Virus record (IMG/VR): IMGVR_UViG_3300030202_003733
Coordinates: 64,001 to 128,000 of that record
Source: a virus
DNA: 64,000 nt
Strand: one strand, 5' to 3'
A model generated the notes under the pieces. The model was not told where the DNA came from, ran no database searches, and was given only the letters and a program-made list of their open reading frames with translations. Below are positions 28,138 through 35,999 of the stretch, one piece after another. Both the position numbers and the translations under genes were made by a program. Positions within the stretch are counted from its first letter, which is position 1; each line of letters begins with the position of its first letter.

Positions 28138-28572
28138 TTACTCAATAATGTATATCGCCCCAACACCGACTGCAACGCCTGCCGCTACACTTGTTAAAAC
28201 AACCACAGGAATGTTCATCCTCCTGTTTTTTTTGATAATTCTTCTTAACTCTTCTAATTCTTTATCCCTCGTATCAATCTCAACTTGATAACGAACTTGG
28301 GTCTCGTCAAGAGTGATTTGCATATTTTGGATTATCAGTTCCGAGTCGAGGGTAAGCGCTCGTTTTTCAAACTCACACTGTGCTTTTGATTCTTCAGCCA
28401 AAAACTCTTTCCAAGTTAATAGTTTTGCAGTGGCTTCTGTGTCGAAGCATGTCGCTTCAAAGCGGACGGTCCCACCCTGAGGGACAAGAGTGAATTTCCC
28501 TGTACCGCCATAAGCCGTGGGGATCGCAAGGAAAAACAAAAATAATGTTTTAATCAGTGTATTCAAAACCAA
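28138..28572 (-). CDS. Spanin-like partner protein (signal peptide, coiled coil, C-terminal TM)
   Basis: TTG start with GAGGAG SD; overlaps upstream gene; no lipobox Cys. Confidence 0.5.
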   Translation of the reverse strand: MVLNTLIKTLFLFFLAIPTAYGGTGKFTLVPQGGTVRFEATCFDTEATAKLLTWKEFLAEESKAQCEFEKRALTLDSELIIQNMQITLDETQVRYQVEIDTRDKELEELRRIIKKNRRMNIPVVVLTSVAAGVAVGVGAIYIIE

Positions 28573-28930
28573 ATTTCTCCTCGATTTCTAAAATTAGTTG
28601 ATCCGGGTTATCCTGGCGCAAGGCCACAAAATCCTGCACACGCTCCACCTTTGCCTCGGCGACGGCCTGTTGGTACACTATGTATTCTATCTCTAGTTCT
28701 TCCAGCTTAGCCTTATATTCTTCAAGTGCGGCAGCTTTACGCTCAGTCTCGCGCTGATGGCTTTCTTTTAGTTCTTTAATCCGAGTCTCGTAACTCTGGA
28801 CAGATGCGTCGTATGCGTCAACAAGACCCCTCCGGTCCTGCCACCAAAAGAAGGAGACCACAAAGAGCAAAACTGCTAATGTGATCTCCTTCCAATAGGT
28901 GCTTATGAATTTCACAAGACTTTGCATCAC
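28550..28930 (-). CDS. i-spanin-like protein
   Basis: One N-terminal TM (ITLAVLLFVVSFFWW) then coiled coil; ATGA overlap with holin-like gene. Confidence 0.55.
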   Translation of the reverse strand: MMQSLVKFISTYWKEITLAVLLFVVSFFWWQDRRGLVDAYDASVQSYETRIKELKESHQRETERKAAALEEYKAKLEELEIEYIVYQQAVAEAKVERVQDFVALRQDNPDQLILEIEEKFGFEYTD

Positions 28931-29118
28931 GCGCCCTTAAGCTTGACGACAGCATCGATGACAGCTTGGCCACCAAGATAAAGGGCAGAGATTGTTACCC
29001 AATCTCCACTAGTCAGGAAACCGCCGGCTGCTAATCCAGTTGCGGTGGCCCAAACAAGTAGCTTTCTCGATACAACTTTTTCTAGAGTCTTATCGACCGC
29101 TCCTTTGATCATGTTCAT
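28927..29118 (-). CDS. Holin-like small membrane protein
   Basis: 63 aa, SRKLLVW then two hydrophobic segments; GGAGG SD and upstream motif. Confidence 0.6.
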   Translation of the reverse strand: MNMIKGAVDKTLEKVVSRKLLVWATATGLAAGGFLTSGDWVTISALYLGGQAVIDAVVKLKGA

Positions 29119-29136
29119 GTTACCTCCAATGTAATA

Positions 29137-29144
29137 TAAATAGT
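29137..29144 (-). promoter_or_regulatory. Candidate late promoter ACTATTTA (lysis-terminase block)
   Basis: Intergenic, directly after the SbcDC stop. Confidence 0.6.
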
Positions 29145-32100
29145 TTAAAAATTAACAAAAGCATAGTCACCTTTTTGCTCTATGCTTATTTGTGCATCCA
29201 CACAATCCTTAAGTGCTTCAAGGTGTGATATCAACAACACAGTTTTAAAGTGTGATTTGATCATATTCAACATTCTAGTGAAACCCTCCATGTTCTCTTC
29301 GTCTAGGGCTGTGCCCGGTTCGTCCAAAATAAAGACGTCACCTTTGGGAAGGTTCGACACGGAGAGCATGGCCAAGCGAATAGCCATCGCAGCAATTGTT
29401 TTTTCTGCACCTGAGCCCATCTCAAGCGGTCGCGGGTCTTGGTGGAAATGTTGGATATGTATATTTAGTCTTTTGCCGTCATCTTCAAAGAATACACCAA
29501 AATCTACAATGTTAACAAGGAATTTAGCTATCTCCTCATTAATGATTGGTAGTTTTTTCTTAATAATATCGTAGGCAATCCCATTGCTATGCATACACTT
29601 GAGGTACAAATCATAGGCGGAATATTCTCTCCTTAGGTCCTCAAGTTCCTCTTGTTGTTCCTTGAGGTTTTCAATTCTTTGTTCTAGTGAACCAATTTTC
29701 TTGATACTCATTCTTAATTTATTATCTAAGTCATTATCCAGTCGCTTAGCTTCTTGAAGACTCGAACTCTGCAACGTGGACTTTTCAGTTAATAGTCTTT
29801 CTAGATTTTCAATCGCATCTTTGTTTTGTTCATATTCTCTTCTTTGTGCCTCTAGCCGGACTTTGTCGGCTTTGGCCGAGGCTATGGAATTTTTAGCCCG
29901 CTCCATAGAAAGCTCAACCCTGTTCTTTTCAATAATCGAAGTGTCCCTCTTTCTGCTAAGTGTCTCGTGTTTCTCAATGTTGCCCACTGTAACCTCGGGG
30001 TCCAAGGCTAGGCGCTGTTCCCTTAACCTTCGAACAGAGTCTTCAACGCCCGGCTTCTTTGTCAGCGACTGTTCAGCTTCACGTAAGCATTTACATCCCC
30101 TAAGAAATTCAGGGTCTTGTAATGAAGATATTTTTTTCTCAATCTGAGCTAATTCTCTGTCGTAGTTCTCGATCTTCGTTTGTAAGCCATCCATTTCTCG
30201 TTTTCTGTCTTTGAGTAATGGCATATCTAGTAAAACCAAAAATTGATTTATGTTTTCCACTAACTCTTCTAGCCCGATCAGTTCGCTAGCCCCTTTTGAC
30301 AGGAGTGCTTCATGTTCGGTTATTGACCGCTCAGCCGACTGTATATTACTAATGACTGAGTTGATATCAATGGGCTCAGCGGGAACATTATCAATTTTTT
30401 GTTGTAGGTCTGATATCTGGCTGGTGACATCTAGGACAGACTGCTTTGATTTCTTTTTATCTTCGACTAGTTCCTCGTGTTCAATCGAAGCATCAGACAA
30501 GTCAGACACCACATCGTCGATCTCAGATGAAAAATCCTTACCCTCTAATCTTTTTAAAGCTCCTTTAAGATCGGAGGCATCTTGTTTCGCATATTTAAAT
30601 TTTTTATCAAAAAGTTCAAGATCAAGAAATTTAGCAAAAATCTCTTTTCTTTTTGTTGAACCCTCGCGAATAAAAGACAAAGAGTCCAATTGAGATGACA
30701 TCGATGTTAAAAGAAAGTCGTCTACTGTTCCAAACTTACTTCTGATTATTTTGTCCGTCTCGGCTCTAGTCATCCCGTTATGGTTTTCGACAACGTTACC
30801 ATAATGTGAATTAAATTCAACACTTGTCTTGGCCTCTATTATTTCCTCGCCTTTTGACTTTTTGGTATATTTTTCTAATGATCTGTCAATTGTCCATTGG
30901 GTGCCATCCGCCGTTTGCAAAACCGCCTTTCCAAACGCGGTGTCTTTGTCGTAATTAATTACATTGACACTTTTTCTTTCGTTTTTAGAGGTAGTGTTGA
31001 ACATCGTGTACAACAAGCCATCAATTATGCTAGACTTGCCCGAAAAGTTTTTACCAAAAATACCAACAATGCCATTTGTATTTTCAAAATTAATTACATT
31101 GTCTTCGCCATAGTTGAATAGGTTATTGAAAGTTAGCTTTTGTAGCTTCCAATTAACATTTCTTTGTACCTCTTCGTTCTCCTCTGCCATACGATTGTAT
31201 TTATCGTTAAGGTCTAAAATCTTTTTTAGAATCTCTTCCTCTAGTTCGTACCCCTCAAGGAAGTCTTTTATAAGCTTTCTTTGAACCACAATGTTACGCA
31301 GGTCATCGTGTCGTATACTATCAACAACTTCCTCTATATCTCCACGAGAGTGTATATTTCTATTTAGAAAAGTTAAGCTCTCTGGGGAAAACTTGTGCTT
31401 GGCTATGTCGACAGCCCTTTTCATACTCTCTAGAGTAATGCTCTCTGTAGAGGCCAACCTCAGCCTAGAGCCCTCTGGGACATCCACCTCAGGCAGCTTT
31501 CCGTTCTTCAGTTCTATGGTTACGAAGGGCTTTGGATTGGAAAAAACTATCTGTTTAACTGTAAAGTTATCCCTATCTTGAATGTCCCAAATTAAAATAC
31601 CTTTATCAACCTCTTCCCCAAAATTTTGTTGTATTGTCGAGCCTGCGTATCGGACACGACCCGCCTTGTCCAATTTTTGTGCTTTGTGTATGTCACCCAA
31701 AAAAGCGTAATCAAACTCTTCAAATATTTCTACTTCATTTTCTCCACTATCCATCACCCAACCACTGTCCGTCTGACAGTTGGATATTGAGCCGTGATAA
31801 AGAGCTATGTTGACGTTGTTATAATCTGTTGGATCCTGCCAGTTGTCCTCATCAAACACAGAGAGAACGTTTAAAGCAAACCTATCACGCAAATAAACCT
31901 CGCAAGAGTTTTTCAACAAGTGCAAGTTGGGATGCTCAAGGGCCTCCACAATGGGCGAAATCGCATCGAGTCGCCCCGAGTTTTTGAGGTTCCCATCATG
32001 GTTGCCTAGAATGATATATGTTGGGGCTATATCTGCTAAACTCGACAGGAAGTCAGAACACATGTTTACAAACTCAGGGGATATCTGAGTCTTGGTATGG

Positions 32101-32237
32101 GCGATATCCCCACAGTGAATTATATAATCAACGTTCTCGTTCTTAATTGAATCATACAATTGTTTAAAAACAGATTTATATTCTGCATGGTATCGCAGGT
32201 TTCTAATGTGTGTATCAGCTATGTGAGCAAACTTCAT
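29145..32237 (-). CDS. Fused SbcD-SbcC (Mre11-Rad50; T4 gp47-gp46) nuclease-ATPase
   Basis: HIADTH, GDIAH, GNHD phosphoesterase motifs; GKNFSGKSS Walker A; coiled coil; MGSGAE signature; FILDEP Walker B; LISH. Confidence 0.93.
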   Translation of the reverse strand: MKFAHIADTHIRNLRYHAEYKSVFKQLYDSIKNENVDYIIHCGDIAHTKTQISPEFVNMCSDFLSSLADIAPTYIILGNHDGNLKNSGRLDAISPIVEALEHPNLHLLKNSCEVYLRDRFALNVLSVFDEDNWQDPTDYNNVNIALYHGSISNCQTDSGWVMDSGENEVEIFEEFDYAFLGDIHKAQKLDKAGRVRYAGSTIQQNFGEEVDKGILIWDIQDRDNFTVKQIVFSNPKPFVTIELKNGKLPEVDVPEGSRLRLASTESITLESMKRAVDIAKHKFSPESLTFLNRNIHSRGDIEEVVDSIRHDDLRNIVVQRKLIKDFLEGYELEEEILKKILDLNDKYNRMAEENEEVQRNVNWKLQKLTFNNLFNYGEDNVINFENTNGIVGIFGKNFSGKSSIIDGLLYTMFNTTSKNERKSVNVINYDKDTAFGKAVLQTADGTQWTIDRSLEKYTKKSKGEEIIEAKTSVEFNSHYGNVVENHNGMTRAETDKIIRSKFGTVDDFLLTSMSSQLDSLSFIREGSTKRKEIFAKFLDLELFDKKFKYAKQDASDLKGALKRLEGKDFSSEIDDVVSDLSDASIEHEELVEDKKKSKQSVLDVTSQISDLQQKIDNVPAEPIDINSVISNIQSAERSITEHEALLSKGASELIGLEELVENINQFLVLLDMPLLKDRKREMDGLQTKIENYDRELAQIEKKISSLQDPEFLRGCKCLREAEQSLTKKPGVEDSVRRLREQRLALDPEVTVGNIEKHETLSRKRDTSIIEKNRVELSMERAKNSIASAKADKVRLEAQRREYEQNKDAIENLERLLTEKSTLQSSSLQEAKRLDNDLDNKLRMSIKKIGSLEQRIENLKEQQEELEDLRREYSAYDLYLKCMHSNGIAYDIIKKKLPIINEEIAKFLVNIVDFGVFFEDDGKRLNIHIQHFHQDPRPLEMGSGAEKTIAAMAIRLAMLSVSNLPKGDVFILDEPGTALDEENMEGFTRMLNMIKSHFKTVLLISHLEALKDCVDAQISIEQKGDYAFVNF

Positions 32238-32251
32238 CCAGGCCTCTAATA

Positions 32252-32280
32252 AGTATAGCCTTTTAGTTAGAGTGTGTCAA
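32252..32280 (-). promoter_or_regulatory. Sigma70 promoter TTGACA-N17-TATACT for SbcDC
   Basis: Near-consensus, -10 box 14 nt upstream of the ATG; -35 lies in the last codons of the upstream gene. Confidence 0.8.
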
Positions 32281-34222
32281 GAGAAAGTTCAAGCTCTTCT
32301 TCGACCATAGTTAATAACTCTTTTAGGGCTAACGGATTAGCAAACGGTCTATGCTCACCACTTACATCTGCCCCGGTGACAGGGCCTATCAACCCTAGCC
32401 TGGCCCGGTAATTACTAACTGTTTTGCCTGGGTACAACTTCCTGAAAGATAGATTTGGCACAACGTGCAACTCAGGCTCGCCACCTTTTTTTGTGGGTCT
32501 TCTTAGGAGTTCTGCCGCATAATAATCTCCGGGATTATTAATTTGAAATGCCACTATTTTAGTCCAAAAATCCCAAAGCTTTTGTGAGTCGTAACCTATG
32601 TCTGCCAATTCATTTAAAACGTTAATGTATTCCTGTGCAAACGCTCTTAGGTTCTTAGGTTTAGACTTAGACAAAACCTTAGGTATGTCGTCTCCGTAGA
32701 ACATTCTAGAGTTTATTGAATCGACACAGCCTAATTTACCGGTCACCATTTGTGTTGCAAATCCTGCTTTCGCCAGCCCTAAACCCTTGATTGTTAGAAA
32801 TACCGTCATGACATCCAGTGGGTTAGTATCAGCAGATTTAAGTAAGCCTATCATATTATTATATACTTCTTGTCTATTTCCCCATAGTTCAAAGTATGTC
32901 TTCGTTGCGGGCACAGCCGAAACCTTGCTCACACCGTTTGATATTACAATCAATTCTTCCGGCGGGAGCTTCCTGTACTGCTCGTGTTTTAATAAGTCTA
33001 AAGATATTAAATATGCCTTAGGGCTACCAAAACCCATTCCCGAACCGACCAGGTCAGGATTTTTATTCATCGGATAATTTTCTCTCATCTTCCGATTACG
33101 GGGCGATGACCAACCCGATGGATTGGCTGCATTTGGGTCGGCGTCCTTCGTGGTTATCCACTCCATTAAGTGTGGGAAGTATGGCATGACTGTGGGCCAG
33201 TCAGTTCTTTGTGTTGCATACACAAACAAAATTGTCTCTGCTAGGTTCTCTGGGCTTTCCTTGACCCATTCATTAATCTGTGGGTTGTATTTACAAAAGC
33301 CGCTCTTCCCTAAGGCGTCCGGCGTTAAGCTTACCAGTGGCACCTCTCTGCCAACATCTTGAACTTTTGCTGGTACCTTCTCTGGTCCACCTTCTTCTGG
33401 TTCTGGAACTTTATAAGTTCTAAGTGACGGCAAAGGCAAAGTCTCTTCGGGGTCCTCGTCCTCATCTGGGTCCGACAGCGGGAGATTCATTTGAGTAGCC
33501 TCAGATAGGCCAGTAACATCCTCCGGCGGGACGGGCTCAAACCCCAAGTCTAGAAGCGTTTGCTGCCAGAGTGATTTAATATCCTCACCTTGTTCCTCAT
33601 CCATAACCTCACTGACCATTGACATTAGATCGTCTTTTGACAATTCTTGGCTTGGCTCTTCTTCCGGCATGACATCTGACGCGAGCACAGGGGCCCTTAC
33701 CATAAGTTTCCAATCCCCAGCCTCCGAAGCGTGGAAGTATATCTCCTCCCCAGATAAAATTTCTTTTTGTTCTGGATCCGTAACACTGAAGAAATGGCCA
33801 ACTGCTGGGTGAAAGCTAGCTTCTTCGAATTCGGACAAAACAGCGGGGTCCACCTCATTTGTTTTTGTCACCACTCCAGAGACACCAGCAACTAAAGTTC
33901 TCTTACCTGTTTTTACAATTTGCTTAGCTCCCGACTCGGATGTTTGGAATCTAATCGGGGGCTCAAGTCTAATTGCGTTTGTATAAGCTATAGGCGACCC
34001 TGTTCTAGTGCCACGGGGGCTTGAATTATATATGCCCACCATACCATTGCGACCCTCGTTACGGTTGGTTCTATTGGTGTGCAGCCACACTCGTTGTCCA
34101 ATAAGATCATCGCCCTCCACATATGCAGCCTCGGGGGCTGTGGGGACAATTCGAGGAGGCTTAAGAGACTCGTAATATGCCTCCCTTATCATTTGTAGAA
34201 GGTCGCTCTTGTTGATTTTCAT
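32267..34222 (-). CDS. Tagged multidomain protein with C-terminal HhH glycosylase-like domain
   Basis: MKINKSDLLQMIREAYYE tag; LTIKGLGLAKAGFATQMVTGKLGCVDSIN motif. Confidence 0.65.
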   Translation of the reverse strand: MKINKSDLLQMIREAYYESLKPPRIVPTAPEAAYVEGDDLIGQRVWLHTNRTNRNEGRNGMVGIYNSSPRGTRTGSPIAYTNAIRLEPPIRFQTSESGAKQIVKTGKRTLVAGVSGVVTKTNEVDPAVLSEFEEASFHPAVGHFFSVTDPEQKEILSGEEIYFHASEAGDWKLMVRAPVLASDVMPEEEPSQELSKDDLMSMVSEVMDEEQGEDIKSLWQQTLLDLGFEPVPPEDVTGLSEATQMNLPLSDPDEDEDPEETLPLPSLRTYKVPEPEEGGPEKVPAKVQDVGREVPLVSLTPDALGKSGFCKYNPQINEWVKESPENLAETILFVYATQRTDWPTVMPYFPHLMEWITTKDADPNAANPSGWSSPRNRKMRENYPMNKNPDLVGSGMGFGSPKAYLISLDLLKHEQYRKLPPEELIVISNGVSKVSAVPATKTYFELWGNRQEVYNNMIGLLKSADTNPLDVMTVFLTIKGLGLAKAGFATQMVTGKLGCVDSINSRMFYGDDIPKVLSKSKPKNLRAFAQEYINVLNELADIGYDSQKLWDFWTKIVAFQINNPGDYYAAELLRRPTKKGGEPELHVVPNLSFRKLYPGKTVSNYRARLGLIGPVTGADVSGEHRPFANPLALKELLTMVEEELELSLDTL

Positions 34223-34231
34223 AAAAATACC

Positions 34232-35158
34232 TCATGCTTCGATGATTTTCTTTAGTAAGTAGTTGTCAGAATTCATAATTTCTGAACTGTTTTTCTTATC
34301 ATTGAAAATGTCTCTTGGCATAACAGCGACATCTTCATAACCATGCGTGTTAACTTTGTGTACCTCAACACCGTAACCGTTAAGTTTATCAACAATTCTC
34401 ATAGCCTTTTTATCAGCGTCGGAATCTAGTGCAACATATACGGCAGGACTCTCTAAAATTATTTTTTGAAACAAGCGCGACTCCTCTCGCAAAGTAGAAC
34501 CTAGCAGAGGTATTGCATTACCTGCTCGTATAGCATCAAACACACCCTCTACAAGAACAATGTCCGAATCCCAATCAACATATAGGTCATTAAAAATTAT
34601 GTTTCTGCTGACCTTGGGGTTTGTATATTTTTTCCAATCATTCGAGTACGACCTGGCTACGAAATAATTCACTTCCCCCGTATAATCAAACGATGGAATT
34701 ATAATCCTACCAGCATATTCTCCACGAACACAATGACCTATCTTCCACTTAAGGATGTCTCTTTTGGTTATGCCACGGCTAGTGAGATAAAATATTGCCT
34801 TCTGTGCCGTGAGTGATGCAGGGTTACCCGTAAGTGTAACAAATTCTTTTGGCAAAGAAACACTCTGTCTCTCCTCAGGCTTACCATCAAAGAATAGATC
34901 AAACTTGGTCAGATCAACCTGGCCTGTGAGATTCTTCCATTCTCTAACCTGGTCGTATGTGCCGGACTTTCGCACAAGGCGAAGTATGTTCCTGCCGCTA
35001 GTATCGCATACCCAGCATTTGTACGCGTTTTTCTCAATGTTGACAGATAACTTTCTCTTGTGGTGATCACAAAAAGGACAATAAAATAGAAGTTCGTTAC
35101 CCGAGTGGTAGCATGAGCCAAGAGCGTCTTTTAGGATTTTTAATTTTTTATTACCCAA
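34232..35158 (-). CDS. DNA primase (DnaG/gp61-like, Zn finger + TOPRIM)
   Basis: CPFC...CWVC; GRIIIP; LVEGVFDA; ALDSDA. Confidence 0.9.
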   Translation of the reverse strand: MGNKKLKILKDALGSCYHSGNELLFYCPFCDHHKRKLSVNIEKNAYKCWVCDTSGRNILRLVRKSGTYDQVREWKNLTGQVDLTKFDLFFDGKPEERQSVSLPKEFVTLTGNPASLTAQKAIFYLTSRGITKRDILKWKIGHCVRGEYAGRIIIPSFDYTGEVNYFVARSYSNDWKKYTNPKVSRNIIFNDLYVDWDSDIVLVEGVFDAIRAGNAIPLLGSTLREESRLFQKIILESPAVYVALDSDADKKAMRIVDKLNGYGVEVHKVNTHGYEDVAVMPRDIFNDKKNSSEIMNSDNYLLKKIIEA

Positions 35159-35164
35159 TTTTAT

Positions 35165-35965
35165 TCACTCTCTAAAGTCCCCGTAAATATATACCATTGG
35201 CTCATCAATATCAAGAGACTTTTTTGTTAAGCCTGACATCGCCTTAAACGAGTGCTTGTAAAAACCATCGCGCATTTTGTAATCTACAGAAGGACCACCA
35301 TCAAACAAAATACCGTCTTGGATATTGAAGTCTAGTCCGATTGATACAATATCCTCAATAGTAACCAAACCAAGACGACTGCTTGAAACCACAATGACAA
35401 TATTACCCGATGAATCTTCCCCAACAAGACTTCTGTAATTTTTCTTCTTGGCAGATTCCGCTTTCATGATGTTCCTGTTTGCTTTGCCATTGTTTATACC
35501 AACCAATAGTGTCTGCGAGTTATGCTCCGTCAGTGGTGGGCTGCTGTAGGCTTGAACGTGTGGGGTGCCATTCTTTACATAGAAGTATCCGCCGCCCCTG
35601 ACACGGCTTGAGCGTCTTTTTTTATCAATCACTACAAGCCCTATCGGGTCTTGTTCGCCAAAGAAATTACTGTTTAGAAAGAAATCCTTATCTGTAGGCT
35701 TCTCTGTGGAAACTCCAAATTTCATCTTGTTTTTGGGAATCACAAAAACCTTTAAAGATCCCAAAGGTAGATATCCTCCGATGCATGAAGTCTCATACAC
35801 TGTCATGTGTTCTGTTTTGCTCAGAGTAGTGTAGTCATAAGACTCGCGTTGATCAAAGAACAAGTTGTTGTCAATCGCAGGCCAAACAAGCGGATCAATC
35901 ACAGGTGTTTGTGGTGTCGCGTAAAGCATTGCGGCAATGAATGTTGTAATGGTTTTAATGTTCAT
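35165..35965 (-). CDS. Phosphodiester glycosidase family protein (NAGPA/DUF2233-like), probably exported
   Basis: FFLNSNFF, NYRSLVG, GILFDGGPS; hydrophobic N-terminus. Confidence 0.65.
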   Translation of the reverse strand: MNIKTITTFIAAMLYATPQTPVIDPLVWPAIDNNLFFDQRESYDYTTLSKTEHMTVYETSCIGGYLPLGSLKVFVIPKNKMKFGVSTEKPTDKDFFLNSNFFGEQDPIGLVVIDKKRRSSRVRGGGYFYVKNGTPHVQAYSSPPLTEHNSQTLLVGINNGKANRNIMKAESAKKKNYRSLVGEDSSGNIVIVVSSSRLGLVTIEDIVSIGLDFNIQDGILFDGGPSVDYKMRDGFYKHSFKAMSGLTKKSLDIDEPMVYIYGDFRE

Positions 35966-35971
35966 GCAAAA

Positions 35972-35999
35972 ATGATAACATAAATTTTAAAAAAGTCGA
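35972..35999 (-). promoter_or_regulatory. Possible sigma70 promoter TCGACT-N16-TATCAT (TGn extended -10)
   Basis: Near-consensus, just upstream of ATG 35965. Confidence 0.45.
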
